Below are positions 21,605 to 35,300 of a DNA stretch of 64,000 nt, piece by piece (positions within the stretch are counted from its first letter, which is position 1; every line of letters starts with the position of its first letter). A program made the position numbers and the translations under genes. The stretch comes from Cyanophora paradoxa CCMP329 (taxonomy: Eukaryota > Plantae > Glaucophyta), in the NCBI GenBank assembly GCA_004431415.1, contig QPMI01000080.1:1-64000 (forward strand), read 5' to 3'. The notes under the pieces were generated by a model. It did no database searches and had not been told where the DNA came from. It saw only the letters and a list, made by a program, of their open reading frames with translations.

Positions 21605-21805
21605 GGCCGGCGGGCAAGCGGCGGCGGGAGGCGCCGCCTCCGCCCCCGCCCGAAGAAGAGGAGGAAGAGGCCGAGGTCGAGGCGAGCGCCGTACCCCCCC
21701 TCCTTCTCCTCCCCCCTCCTGATCCCTGAGCAGGACCCGATGGAAGTCGACGATGCGCCGCCCGCGCGGCCCCGCAAGCAGACCCGCGGCAAGGCCCCCG
21801 CGTAG
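16817..21805 (+). CDS. RBR (RING-IBR-RING2) E3 ubiquitin ligase with N-terminal SIM/UIM cluster and C-terminal coiled coil, multi-exon
   Basis: RING1 CSLC...CTGSEAHRICADC...CP....C; IBR CPRC...CPYDGC...FCATC...HVC; RING2 CPRC...KDEGCNAITCACGCHICWYC. Exons continue through splice sites to 21805. Confidence 0.85.
19074..19400 (+). repeat. Three tandem ~108 bp copies of an exon end plus intron start, each ending in poly-C
   Basis: ctcccacggcgcccacgtgcgtgagagcg...ctctcg(c)n occurs three times. Confidence 0.95.
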
Positions 21806-22118
21806 CCACATCTAGACGTACGTATAAGGGCCGAAGCTCAAATCGGCTTAGAATTCGAATTTTCACTGGGAATGGACTGCAGTGGGCAGTACATCAGCAG
21901 ATCTTTAGCTAGATGGCAAATCCGGATCCAGATCTGTTGTTGATGTTTTTAGAGATGCTTGATGCTTGTTGTGCGAACCCTTCACCATCACCACATGTAC
22001 ATTGGATGCCTAGAGTTGCACGCGGATGTGCTTCAATCTGAACATAATCGGAACAGGCTCGAATCTCATTAAGCATCGCACAAGCCACCCACGGCTATAG
22101 CTATCCGCCACCTACAGC

Positions 22119-23401
22119 CTACAGGAAGGGGCCCGGGGGCGCCGCGCCGGCCGCCTCGGCCGCCGCCTCCGCCTCGTCCGCCTCCGCCGCGTGCTTCCTC
22201 ACTGACTCTGCGAACTCCGCTATGCTCCGCGTGTAGAGTCCCGAGACCTGCGAACGAAGTTGAGGGGGGAGGAGCCGGGGAGGGGTACGGGTGCGGGACG
22301 GGACGGGACGGGACCTGCGGGTCCTTCTGGTAGTCGACGTTGCCGTTGAGGACGAGGACGGGGAGTTTGCGGCCGGCCGCCTCGGCCTCGGCGTGCCAGA
22401 CAAGCGGGTGCGTCCCGTTGTCCCCCGGCAGGATCGAGACGGGTACCGGGTTCGGCAGCTCAGAGTGGAGGGAGGAGGGGCGGCCGGAGGAGGCGACGGC
22501 GCGGGCGACGGGGGACGGGTGGGCGGAGGCGGGGGCGGGGGAGGGGGCGGGGGTGAGGGGTACGTTGGGCGACCGGTTCTCGTCGGTTGGGGGTATGACG
22601 GCGTCGCGGTGGTTGAGCCAGCGCTCGTGCCGCTCGTGGAGGGACTGGAGGTAGGAGAGGGGTACGGTGGATTCCTCGCGCCGGTTGCGGGCGCAGAGGC
22701 GCGCGTACGCAACCTCGGGGCGCGTCCAGAGGTACACGAATCCGTAGATGCGCGGCGGGAATCGCGCGTGCATGAAGTCGAATTGATCCGCGTACAGCGC
22801 CCACTCCGCCGGGACGAAAAGGCCCGAGGCGCGGGCGTTGGTGGCGAAGATGTAACTGCGGGTGGCGGCATTGTTGGCTCCAGCTTCGGCGACAGCTGCG
22901 GGCGTCCCGGGGGCCCGCGCGGGCAGCGGACCGGTCGGAGTAGATGCAGCGCTCGTGTATCCTGATAGGCAGCGACGTCGCACGCAAGTCGGCGCCGCTC
23001 GCCCGCATCAGCATCCGCTCCTCCTCTGCGAGCGCCGCCGCCGTGAGCAGCGAAGCGGGACGGGGCGCACGCGGGCACGCGGGGCCTCACCGAGGTTGGA
23101 AACCTGCTTGACGCGCGAGTAGAAGGCGAACATCTGGAAGGAGTAGGCCCAGCGGGACGGGTCCTTGTAGAAGAGCTCGAGCAGGTTCTGCCCGTTCAAG
23201 TCCGTCCACGCCTCGATCGGCTCCGGCACCGATTCGATCGGAATTGGGCAGCGCTCGGCGAGGAAGCGCAGGAACGTCGACTGCGGCGGGGGCGGCTGCG
23301 GTTGGAAGGCCGCGCGGCGCGACGAGGCCGGGCTCCGGCTGCGGGCCACGCGGGCGTACCTTTCCCGCCCCTATGTTGCCTTCGATGGATATGCCCGCCA
23401 T
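22119..23401 (-). CDS. Deoxynucleoside kinase (dCK/dGK/TK2 family), multi-exon
   Basis: ISIEGNIGAGKST P-loop, VPEPIEAW, LLELFYKDPSRWAYSFQ, ERCIYSDR, RNRREES..LSYLQSLHERHERWL. Confidence 0.93.
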
Positions 23402-23622
23402 CGCGCCTCGCAGTGCAGCTGCAGGCCCGCGGGAGCGCGGGGACGGGATCAGTCAAAGTGGGACGCTCGGAGAACGCCGCGAGCGGCGACGACTAGCTCT
23501 AGAGTTGTCCGAGTGTCATCGGAGCGACGGGCGAACGCCGCGGCGGCCGGCGGCCCGCACCTGCTGCTCGTGCCAGTCTCATACCCGTCTGCGGTCTGCA
23601 CCCCCGTTCGGAAAAAAGTTTG

Positions 23623-25419
23623 ATGGCTCGGGCGGCGTTCAGCGTGGGCCTCCCGGCCTCGGCCGGCACCAGCGCGGTGCAGAGGGTGGCCGCTACAGCT
23701 TTGTCTACCTGCGCACCGCACCGCGCCGCCGTGCACGCGGCCCTCGCGAGGCGGCAGGCGGACCGAGACCAGCAGCGCCGCTGGCTGACCACCGGCGCGT
23801 TCTTCGGGGTCGTTCGGACGCTCCGCGGCCGGCGCGCTGGCTCGCCGCACGCCAGATCCGTAACAATCTCGCTGACGGTCTCGGCCTCGGCGGCGGCGGA
23901 TGCGGGCCCCAGCAAGCTCTGGAACGGTGCGCGGCACATTCTTGAGCGGCTCCGTCGCGCTCCGGCGTGGCCCGAACGCGCGCGCGCGCCCCGCGCGCAG
24001 TCCGTGTGCTGGAAGAGTTCATGCGCGAGATCGGGGGCGTGGAGCCGCCGGCGCGGCTCCGCGCGCTCCTTGCGTACCTCCACGAAGTGGCGGGGGACGA
24101 GCCGCTCGACGCCTCGAAGCCCCCCGCGGGCCTCCACCCGCTCCTCATCCCCCTCAGCATGGAGAAGGGCGGCGCCGGCGTGAAGGGCCTGCTGCGGTAC
24201 CCCACCCCGCCCGAGGACATGCCGATGCCCGTCGTTCGCATGGACCTCACCCGCGGCAAGGGCCTCACCCGTGCGCGCTTACCCGATCGCCCCCCGCCGT
24301 CCCCGCCCCCGCCTAACCGCGCGCGGCCCGCCCACCCGCCCGCGCGCCCTCAGTCCTCGCCGCATCCCCGGAGGAATTGATCCACAGAGAGCTCGCCACC
24401 CGCGACTCCAAGGGGGTACGCCTGCCAAACCCGGTCGCCCTGTACCCCCTCCCCCTCCCTGAGCCCCTCCCAGGAGGCCCTGCCGGAGGGCGTCATGGCG
24501 GAGCTCGCGGCGGACGGGGGTACCCCCATCTACGAGGCGGGACGGCTCGCGTCCCTCAAGCTGCCCCTCAAGGTATACCTGCTGACCAAGGTCCGCGGCC
24601 CCGGCGCCCGTCGAAAACGCCGTACCCGTAGCCAACGTCTGATCTATTTTTAGGTCGGCGGCTTCCCGGAGCTGTACGAGGAGTTGGTGGCGTCGCACAT
24701 GGCGAGGGGGGACCTCGATTCCGCCCTCGTCACGGCGCGTACCCCGTCCAGGGGGTACGGTGCAGCCGTCTGAGGGAGTGCGCAGGTCGACCGGCTTGTG
24801 GGGCGCTTCAAGGGCTGGGCCCACCCCCTCGCGTACCGCGCTCGCCTCATGAAGGAGGTGGGCGGCGCACCTCCACTGCCCGTACCCCCCTACTCTCCGA
24901 AACTGAGTACCCCCGGCAGCTCGGCCGCGAGCCGGAGGCGCGTGACTCGGCGCGGGCCGCCCTCATGCTCCCCCTCTGGACCCTCGGTACCCCCCCTCCC
25001 TCCAACCTCCCCCTCCCCTTCTCTATCCCGCTCTAGATCTTCCTGAACCCGGGGGTACAGGCTCGGAATCCTTCGAGGAGCTCGCAACAATGGCGGGATG
25101 GAAGGAGGTGCACGGTACCCGTCCCCCTACCCGCCCTCGATCTAATGTACCCCCGGCCCTCAGGTGAGCTCGGCGCCCTTCCGGCGGCTCGTCGAGAACA
25201 AGGAGAAGCCCCCGCTCGACCGCGCGGCGCACCTCATGGTACCCCCCACACACCTCGAACTCCATCCCTCGAACCCCCTTCCCACCCCTAATCTATTTCT
25301 AGGACGCGACGTTCGCGGAGGGGGCGGACTGGGACGCGAGCCGCGCTGGGCTCGTCGAGCTGTACAAGGAGGGCGAGCTCGAGCCCCTCGTCAAGTTCGT
25401 CGGGTACCCCCTCTCCTAG
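23623..25419 (+). CDS. PAB: Plastid-targeted PAB-like protein (protein in chloroplast ATPase biogenesis), multi-exon
   Basis: Transit peptide MARAAFSVG; PAGLHPLLIPL, GLLRYPT, MPVV, YLLTKVGGFP, GD..SALVT, F.GW.HP, EARD.ARAAL..PLWTLG. Confidence 0.8.
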
Positions 25420-26045
25420 CCGCGCAGCTGTTTGTGGCTCGCTGTCTTCGAAATTTAAAATTAGGATTTAAAGAACCGTGATCATCAGCATCCGATGATC
25501 TACATGGCATCATCGACTCGGCGAGTCATGATGTGCGAGTCATGATGCCATGATCATGATCTCCTAGGCTACGTGTCATGACGCAATGATGTGGCCCACT
25601 AGGCTAGGTCCTAGCTTAGTGGTGCATGATCACTCGGCGACTCGGCGACCTGATCCTGCATATGATCATGCCATATGCATGCATATGCATGCAATATTGC
25701 AATATCTCCAGAAAGCTCACCGTGGCACCGTATGCGTCACGCCGTGGCACGAGTCAGCAGCTTCCAAGCTGCATCCGATTACCCGCCCAGCCGGACCGAT
25801 GATATCGATGGTTCCAAGTTCTTGATGCCGCGTGCTACGCCCTTGACGCCGGGGCCCCGGGCCACCGGGAGGCCTCTAGCTTCGGCCTGGAACTCACTGA
25901 GACTCAGCATTCCAGGCCCAGGCCGGGACCCACTGGGCCAGGGACGCGTACGAAAGAAGGGCGAGCTAAGGGGCGAGGTCACTGGGTCTAGCTTGAATTT
26001 TCTACCTTTGATAAATTAGCTGCAGCCTAGCCTATCAGCTACGAA

Positions 26046-29000
26046 CTATAAACTGACTGACTGGCTACCGGTCCTAGTCGCCGCAGGCGCCGCCCCGCGC
26101 CGCCTGAGGCCTGACGCCGGGGTACCGGTGCCAGGAGGGGCCGCGGCGCCCGCGGCGGCGGCCTCGGCGGCGGCGGCGGCACGGGCCGCGTCCGCCCCGT
26201 AGGGGGGCCGCGCCAGCCGATACCTTCGAAGATGAAACCCGTCAGCGAAGATCAGATGGGGAGGGGGGGGGAGGAAGGGGGGGTACCGGGAGACGAAGCC
26301 CTCGGTGAAGTACCCCAGGATGGGAAAGGTCGGGGGCGGGGACCAGGGCGCGCCCCCGCTCTCGCAGTCCGCCACGCTCTGCAGAAGACAAATTCAAGAA
26401 GGCCCCAGGTTGGGGGGGGGAGAGCTTAAGGGGGGTACGCGGACCTTGAAATGGAGGGCGGTGGGTACGGCGAGCAGGTGCTCCAGATCCTCTCCGACCC
26501 CGCTGGCGGAGTCCAGGGGCCGGCGCGTCAGGCCGGGCGGGGGCAGGGACGCAGGCGGGGGCGGCGTGGGGGGCGGCGTGGGGCCTTAGGCGGCCGGCGC
26601 GGCGTACGCATCCTACCCCTCCTCGCTTTGCCCCTCCCCCTTCCCCTCCCGCGCACCTGTACACCAGCTCGTGGTCCCAGATCAGGCAGACCTGTACCCC
26701 CGTCAGTATTTCAGAGGGGGGAAGAAGTGGTGGTGGGGGGTAGGTCGCGCCTCGGCGCCGGCGCCGGAGGCGAGGAGGAGCTCCGGTTGCGAGTAGATCC
26801 CCGCGTACCCTGCCCGGGTCCCCCCCGTCTTTCGGGGGGGGGGGTACAAGAGGAACGGAGGGGAAGGGGGGTACCGAGGTTGAAGGAGAGGCGCCCGGCG
26901 CGGTCGTGCTGCGCCCCGAAGACGGCGAGCGCCTGCGGGAGGGGTACGTGTGCCGCGGTCGGCGTCTGCCGCAGGCGCAACGAAGGGACGACGCTACGAA
27001 GGGAGCCGGGGGGGGGGGGGGGGGGAGGGTTACCTGGATAGGGATGCCCGCGAGGCCGACCTGCGCCGGGGGGGGGGGGGGGGGGGGGCCGACCTCAGAA
27101 CCAGCACACGCTTTAGCTCCATGGATCATGTGAGGTTGGTTGCTCAGAGGTGCTGGCGGGGCGGGGCGGGGCGGGGCGGGGCGGATAATTTGAAGAATTC
27201 TTTGGACGGGGCGGAGGTGTTCGTAGGCGGCCCGCGAAATCGATTATTTATATGAGGTTGCTCAGGCGCCGGCGGGGCGCCGGGCGAGGCGGGGCGGGGC
27301 GGGGGGTGGGACCTCGAGGAGGGCCGGGTGGTCGTACGCGGCCCGCGTCAGGAGCGCCAGCGGCGCACCGTCCGACGCGCTGCGGTGCGATCGCCGGGGG
27401 CGCGGCTCAGGCCCGGGCTCATGCGCAGGATCAGAAGAGCCTAAGATTAGAAAATCTAGAGCATTAGCTCAAGGTCCGATCAAGGCGAGGCGGCGGGTTT
27501 TAAGGCCCGTGACTTGGAAGATACGACGAAGTTATATATATATAATAAAAGGCTTAAAAGCCTACGATTAGAGAATCTAGGAAGCTTAAGAAGCTTGCGG
27601 ACCTCCAGGAGAGGAAGTGGGCGGCGAGGCGGCGGAGGCGGGGCGCGGCGGGGAGCGCCGCGGCCAGGTCCGCCAGGCACGCCGCCGGCAGCTGCGAGCG
27701 GCCCACGTCTGCGGCGTGGGGCCAGGGCTGAGTGAGGGGCGGGCGGGGCGGGCGAGAGGGGCGGGGCGGGGAGGGGGCTCGGGGTTAGAAGGCGTGCGGC
27801 AACGCCTCGCCTCGCCTCGCCTCATCGCGCCTCATCGCGCTTCGTGTTCGTACCTATGGAGAGGAGGTGGGGGGCGAGGGCGGCGAGGGCGGCGGGGAGC
27901 GGGTGGGGCCCGCCCTGCGCCCCCGGCCCCGCCCCGACCCCGTCAGATCACATCAATCTGGACAGCAAACAGCTTGGCGCCAAGCGGCTAGCGCTCGCCT
28001 GCGGACGGCGACGCTCTATGGTTCTAGGTTCTAGGTTCTAGGTTGATGACATTGAATTCTGGGCTCGTAAGGCTCTCCAAGGCATGTTATCTCTAAGGCC
28101 CTCCCCATCTCCAGCGCCGCAGGCTCGCCTGCGCCCCCGGCCCGAAGCCGGAGCCGAAACCGTAGTCGCGGACGGCGACGCTCTCCAGCCGCCCGCAGCT
28201 GCGGGGGGCCCGGGCTCAGCTCGGCGCAGGCTCGAGCCTGGCGGAGACGGGGGGCTCGGGGGCTCAGGGGCTCGCCTCGGGCTCGGACCGGGCTCGGCTT
28301 AGTTAAGATAATTATAAGGGAGGGCGGGAGGGGAGGGGAGGGGCCGGGCTCGCCCCGCGAGGGCGCCGCGGAGGGCGGCGGCGGCGGGCGGGGAGAGCTC
28401 GTGCCGGAGGGCGGGCCCCACGCCCCGCGACCCGAAGACCGGGCCCGAGAGCTGCGCGGATCAGGATCAGGTGAGCGCGGAGGTCGGGTCAGGTGAGGTC
28501 AGGCACGGCCGGGGCCCGAGACTTCAGTTTAGTTTAGATGTTCGAGCGGCGATGTTTTAGTTTAGATGATGTTTAGTTTAGTTCAGTTTAGTTTAGTTTA
28601 GTTAGGGCGGCGGCGGCGATGTTCGAGCCCTCGCACGCACGCACCCCGAGGCGGGTGAGGGAGGGTCTAGTTTGTTAGTCTAGATCTGGCATTAACACGA
28701 GTGGAGGCTAGTGCGGTATGTTCGTGGAGCACTGGACGCTTGATCGCTCGAGCTCGCACCTCGAGGCGGATGAGGGACGGGCCGGAGGCGCCGACGGCGG
28801 CGAAGGCGGCCCGCAGGGCGCGCTCGCGCGCCACCGGGCCGGGCGTCTCCACGCACGCGCAGTCCCCCAGCTCCAGCTCCTGCGCGCCGCCCCGAGCACG
28901 AGTCAGCCACGGAGCAGATCTATCCGAGGCAGCCAGGAAGATAGCAGATAGATGGGCGGATAGGAGACGGCGCTCTGCAAGGCTGTACTGCGTGCGCCAG

Positions 29001-32000
29001 GAAAGCGGATCTAATCCTTCGCTTCTACCGGTAATCGCGTTTCCTCCTCCTCTAGTCCGATCCGATCCCCAAGCTAGTTTATAATTCGATCCCCCCCTTC
29101 CTCTCCAGCCCGGCGCACCTGGAATGCGGCGTTGCGGGCGATGCCGGCGGCGACCGCCAGGAAGTCCTCCGCGTACGCGTACTCCTGTAAACGGCCCCCG
29201 CCTCAGACCGGCCGGCTCGGACCGGCCAGCTAGGGGCGCCCCAGCCCTCCAGGCGAAGGGGCGCTTGGGCGCTAGGGGGTCCCTTAGTCTCTAAGCTCTC
29301 AGACCCCTCTAGGGGCGGGGCGGGGCGCACGCCGAGGCCGAGGTGGAGGGACGCGATGCGCGCCCGCGCCAGCGCCTCTCCCAGCGTCCTGCGGGGGGGG
29401 GGGGGGGGGGGGGGGGGGGAGATCGAGTCGGGGGAGGGGGGGGGGGGGGGGGGGGGCGAGCTCGAATTGTTTGTCTAGGTTTGACTGGAAGGGACCGGGG
29501 GCACCTCGCGGCGCTGGAGATGGGGAGGTGCGCGCGCAGCGCCACCCGGTCGAAGCTCCGCCCCGCCGCGCTGCCGCCCACCTCGCTCAGATCTAGAGGC
29601 GGGGCGGTGCGGGGGATTCGGGGGCGAGCGGTCCCGGGGGGGGCGTCCCCGTGCATTCGAAGCTAGAACCGTGCAGGCAGCTAGTTTTAGAGCCGGGCGG
29701 GCCGGCGGGGCGGGGGCGAGGGCCGGGTCGTCGGGCGCGCCTGGCGTCGCGGAGGCGAGGGCCGGCCTAGCTTTAGCTGAGTAGCTCCCTCTACCCTCTA
29801 CCCCCCGGGGGGGGGGGGGGGCCTTGGGCGCACCTGGCTTCGAGGAGGGCCTCCGCGATGTCCCGCATCCCGTCCGACCCGAACCCTGCCCGAGGCACCT
29901 CAGAGGCCGCAGGGGGCCGCAAGGGGCCGAAGCGGCTTCTCTCGAAACTCCTCGGCGATTGCGCCCAGGATGCGTTCTATCCGTTCTCCTCATACGTTCT
30001 ATCTTAAGCTATCTCGCGCACCGGTTTTATCTTACGCTTAAGCATAAGCTTCTCCTATCTTGAGCTTAATCTTAAGCTTAAGCTATCTTAAGCTATCTTC
30101 GGGGCGCACCGGTGAAGGAGAGGTCGAAGGAGCGGAGGGCGGGGCAGGGCCGCAGCGCCCCCGCCGCGAACATGCACACCCCCACGTCCCCCAGGTTGTT
30201 GTACCCCAGGTCCTGTCCGGGGGGGGGGGGGCGCGGGAGAGTGAGTGAGGCGGGACAGACGCGCGAGGGGATGGGCGGGAAGCCATCGACTAGAGAACAC
30301 CCCACAGTCCTCGAGATTAGATCGCCAGGTCCTCTGCCGGGTCTAGATGGGCGAGGGAATGGGCGAGGGGGCGGAGGGGTGTGGCGGGTGTGGCGGAGGC
30401 GCTAGGCGTGCTCCCGTTCGAGAAGCGGCGGCGTCCCCCGTTCGTGGGGCGCAGAAATGCGTTCGTGGGGCGGGGCGGTCGCGCGAGGGGAGGGGCGGGG
30501 CGGGGCGGGGCTAGATCCGGCGGCCCTCTACACCCTACGGCCACCCGCCGAGGTCCAGATCGAAAGAGAGCGGGGACGCACGACGCTGCGGAGGGCGGAG
30601 TAGGGCCCCAGGCTCAGGTGGTGCAGGATCCCCAGCGGCAGCACCTGCCGACCCCGCGGCGTCTTAGAGGGGGTACGCTGTTGTTGTTTAGGGGTACGGC
30701 GCACGTCGTGGCGGAAGGCGCCGCAGAGGTCGAGGGTCTGGAGGTCGGGGGGGTACCAGGGCGCGGGCTGGCGGGAAGGGGGGGAGGGGTGAGCGGAGGA
30801 GGATGGAGGTGGAGGAAGGGGGGTACCGGGGCGGCGCCGGGGCCGCCCTCCGGGGCGGCGAGGCGGCGGCGTGAGTCACGCGCGTCGCGGAGGCGTCCCA
30901 CCGCCCTGCAGAAGGGGCACACGAGGCCCCAGAAGACAGCCAGTACCCTGCAAAGGCTCAGAGGCAGCCTAAATATAGAACGGCCGGGGGTACGCGGTCG
31001 CTTACCACAGTCCGCAGGCGGCGTCGAATAGGTAGAGAGCGACAGCGGGGAGTACCCGGAAGGGGGAGCGGCGGAACCTGCACGGAGGGGGTTACACGGT
31101 TCAGGACGGGGGTACGCGACTCGGAGAGGGGTACGCGGGGCTCGCCGGGAGAGGAGGATGGCGGGGGTACGGCGGAAGTGGGTCAGGAACCACTGCGGCC
31201 GAAAGACGGCGGGGGCCTGCGCACGGATGAAGTCAACAAGATATACAATTAGGCCTCGCCCAGACCATAGAAAATGAGGGAGAATACTAGTATAATATCA
31301 CAGGGCGGGGCTGCACAGCTGTCTGGCTCGCCTGGTCCATGATGAGGAGGGCGCGGTCGAGCCTGGCCAGGTCGGAGACGGCGCGGCGGAGCCGCAGGCT
31401 CCGCACCCGCGGGCTCCGCCTCAGCAGCGCCAGCAGGGCCCGCATCGGGACCTGGGCGGGGGGGAGGGGGGGGGGAAAGGAGATCAGGGGTACGTTGGTT
31501 TAGGGGGTGGACATGGTAGGGGGACGCGCGTGCCTGGACGCCGGGCCTTCCCCGCAGCTTGACTCGCTCCGTGTCTGCCAGCCGCCGCCACTCCCGGCAG
31601 ACCTGACGGGCACGAACTCGCATGCGCAGGGGCAGGGCCGGCGGCAGCGGGTTGGGGGCACGGCGGACCGCCGAGAGCTCAAGGGGGCTGGCCCCGCTCA
31701 TCGCCCAGATGGAGCAGAGGAGCTCGTCGGGGAGCGAGCCGATTCCGCCGACGGGAAAGACGGCATCGATGTCGCTGGCCGCCTTCCCCGCGAAGCTCGG
31801 GGAGCGGGGGAGGGCGCAGGAGGAAGAGGACGACAGCGATCGGAGGGCGAGCGCCTGTGTGCGAGCGAGCGCGCGCGGGGGCGTCGGGGGACGGGGCGGG
31901 GACGGGGACGGGGGCCGGGGCTTGCTCTGGGCGCCGACCTGCTTTTGGACGGAGGCGCCGCGCTCGAGGCCCCAGAAGACCGGAGCGCCGGCCGAGTAGA

Positions 32001-32231
32001 GCGTCGAGAACACTGCGAGGGACTCGTCAGATCGTCGGATCGCAGTGGCCCAGCCCAGAGGCGGCGAGATCCAGAGCGGCGTGCAGCGGCCTGGGGACCG
32101 CCCAGCCGCTCGCGGCGCTTCGTTCGATGCCCAAGCGGTCATCCACAGCGCCGCGCACCTCGGCGGACGCCGGCGTAGACGAGGAGCGCCAGCGCGGCGG
32201 CGCCGGCGAGGGCTACCGCCAGGAAGAGCAT
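26046..32231 (-). CDS. F-box plus leucine-rich-repeat (RNI-like) protein with hydrophobic N-terminus, many small exons
   Basis: F-box IGSLPDELLCSIW...LSAVCREWRRLA; LRRs LQTLDLCG and DLGYNNLGDVG...LRSFDLSF; starts MLFLAVALAGAAALALLVY. The 3' exon chain is uncertain. Confidence 0.65.
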
Positions 32232-32398
32232 CCCGGCTTGCTTTCAGCCCGCGCTACATGCGCTCGGGGCCGGGGCTGGGCAGCTGCGAGCTGAGCTGGC
32301 ACCTAAGCGGCGGTATCCCCCCCAAGTGCGCTTTCAGCCCTGAAGCAGAGCCGTGGCAGCGCCGATCACTCGGAGCCTGGACATTCGGCCGAGGGCAA

Positions 32399-35300
32399 AT
32401 GACCGAGGCGCTGTTGGACTCGCTCGCGGGCGCCCTGCGCCTGCGGTCGGCCCAGGCGCGGCGGGCGGAGGAGGAAGCCGCGCGCCTGCGCGCCGAGCTC
32501 GATGCGCTCAAGGCAAACGGCGGAGCGGCGGCCGCTGACGCCTCGGAGGCCGCGCTCCACCGGACCGAGGACCGCCTCCACCGCGTCCGCGCCGCGCTCG
32601 CCCAGGCGGTCGCCGACGCCTCGAGGGCGCCGGCGGATGTGCGGCGGCCCGCGACCTCTGCGGAGACCGAGGAGCTCGAGGCGATGCTTGAACGCGAGGT
32701 CGAGCGGCGCGGGTGCGCCGGCGCGGCCTCCCGCCCCGCGCCCCGCGCCATTCGCTCACCCGGAAGCCGCCCGCAGCGAGTACGAGCTGGCGATGATCGT
32801 CCGTGCCACCCGCCGCCTCCCGCGGCGCGCCGCGGGCCCGCCGCGCGCTGACCGCTCAGCGCAGCGCGCCATTTCGGCGCTCGGCGGCGCCGTGGAGGAC
32901 CCGGACAACTTCGACCTCGCCACGGAGCTGCAGAAGCGCGCGGCGAACGCCGGCGGCCTCCGCGCCGCGTCGGTGCCGGCCTCCCATCCTCCCATCCTTC
33001 TCCGGGCGCGTTCCGCGCCTCATTCCGTTCCTCCGGCCGCGCGCAGGGCACGAACGAGGCCGCACGGCTTCGCGCGGAGCTCGCGGAAGCGGAGCGGACG
33101 CGCTCCGACGAGTCGTCGCGGGCGCGGGCGATGGAGCGCGACCTCGGCGAGGCGCGGGCGCGCGTCCGGGCGCTGGAAAGCGAGCTCGCGGTAAGCTCAG
33201 CTCTGCCTCCCTCCAGTCTCGCCCCGCTCAGCTTCCGGCGTTAGGGACTTAAGGCGTCCGGAGCGGGCGCCGCGGCTGCGCCGCGGGCAGGGGACCTCGA
33301 GGCGCTGGAGGGCGTCAACGAGTCGCTGAGGGCCGCCGTGTCCCGGCACCGCGCGGCGGCGGAGGCGGCGGAGGCGGCGGCGGCGGCCGCCCGATCGGAG
33401 GCGGACGCGGCGCGCGCGTCGGCGGCGGAGGCGCGGGCCGCCGCGCGGGCGGCGCTGGCGGAGGCGGCCGAGGAGGCGGTGCGCGCGCCCTGAAATGAAT
33501 CCTAAGAAGCCGCTTTAAATCCGCTTTACACCTTAAGATCTCAAGACGTTAAGATCTTGAGAGAAAGCCGCTAACACCGCTTTCGCAGGCGAGGCGCGCG
33601 GCATCCGCCCGGGCCCTCGGCGACGCGCGCGAGGTAAGCGGGCGCGCTAAGAAGACGCTCACGATCTTAAGAATTCGAATAGCTTATCATAAACACTCAA
33701 ACTAAGAAGAAGAAGCTTTGAATCTTGAAGAAGCTTTAGCACACAGAGCGCCCGGGGCCCCCCGGCCCCCTCGGTCGGATCGGCTCTGATCCGCTCGGAT
33801 CCGATCCGACCCACCGCCTCCTCCCCTCCCCCTGATCCGCTCTGATCTGATCCGATCCAATCCGATCTGGCACCCCCCTTTCCCCCACCGCCCCGACCCC
33901 CTGATATCCCCACCCCCCCGATCTGATCCGATCTGAGCCGATCTGACGCCCCCCTTTCCCCGCCCCAGGCGCAGCTGGCGGACCTGGCGGCGCAGCTCGC
34001 CGCCGTCGACGCCGCCCTCGCCGGCTACGGCCCCGCCGACCGCTCCGTGCGCCCCCGCGCCCCCCAAGAAGCCCAAGAAACCGCTCTAGATTCTAAGATC
34101 TTAAGACGCTTAAGATTTGAAGATTATTAGATTTTAAGGATAGAAGACGTGCTGCAGCCTAAGCGAAGGCGGCTCAGGGGCTTGATCCTAAGTCGCCCAC
34201 GCCTAAGCAGTCTGAGCCTGAGCGCCCTCGCTGAGCCTCGCCTCGCCTCGCCCCTCGCAGGTGGACGCGGCGCTGCGGGTGCGCGCCGCCATCGACGCGG
34301 CGGCCGCCTCCGCCGCCGCCGCCGAGGCCCGCCGCGCCCGCGTGCGTTCGCCCGCCCGTCTCTTGCGCGGCTTCTGCCTTCACCTGTTATCAAGTCCTGC
34401 CTTACTCTTGAGGATCTAGAGCCCTAGAAGAGCTTAAAGCTGTCCTCCAGCTGTCCTCGGGCCCTGCCTCACTCTAGAGGATCTAGCTCGCCTAAAGGAT
34501 CTAGCCCACCGATAGCTAGATAGGATCTAGCTCCTCTTGCGTGGCTACAGCTGCTCTCGACTAGATAGGGACCATGAGAAACGACTTAGGATCTCACGCC
34601 TAAAGACCTCGAGAGATCTAGAGACTCGCCGCGCCCGCGGCGCGTGCCTTTCCCCTCGAGATCCCGGATGACTCCGGCTGTCCTCGTGCCCAGCCCCCTC
34701 ACTCCGCTTCGAATTCGATTTTCGGCGCAGGCGGCGCTCGACTCGGCCTCGTCGGACGCCCAGCGGGCCGCCCTCCTCGCCTCCGAGCACGCCGCCGAGG
34801 TGAGTGAGAAAGCGTTAATCTTCTAGGGCTCTCACAGAACCGTTTAGAGCGTATGAGAACCTTTACTAGAACTCTAGAGAACGTTTTAGAGGCGTGCAAA
34901 GCTCGTTTGACGGGGGCGGCAGCTTCAGCGGCTTCGGGGGCGGGCGGCGGAGGCGGAGGCGGCGCGGGCGCGGGCGGAGGACGAGTCCCGCTCCCTCAGC
35001 GCCTCCCTCGCCGAGGTGCGCCCCGAACTTTTATAAAGGGAACCGCACTTGAAAAGAACTCATAAGAAGAACCGAAAGAACTCTTAAGAAGAACCCTTCT
35101 TCTTCTTCTTCTTCTTAAAGAACACTTGGAAACACTTAAAAAATCGCCCTTCTTCTTCTTGTTGTTGTTCTTCTTCTTCTTAGACCTCGCGCCAGGCCTC
35201 CCGGGAGCGGGCGGCGGCGGCGGCGCAGGCGGCCGCGGCCGCCGCGCGCGCCGCGGAGGCGGCCGCGCTCCGGGAGGAGGTCAGATCATACCTCACCTGA

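Noticed and set aside
22119-23401. dNK as a viral gene belonging to the element
   Set aside because: It has host-type introns and composition and lies 14 kb outside the viral segment.
28525-28606. (TTTAG)n as interstitial telomere
   Set aside because: Irregular intronic microsatellite, comparable to the (GATCC/T)n tract at 33775-33945.
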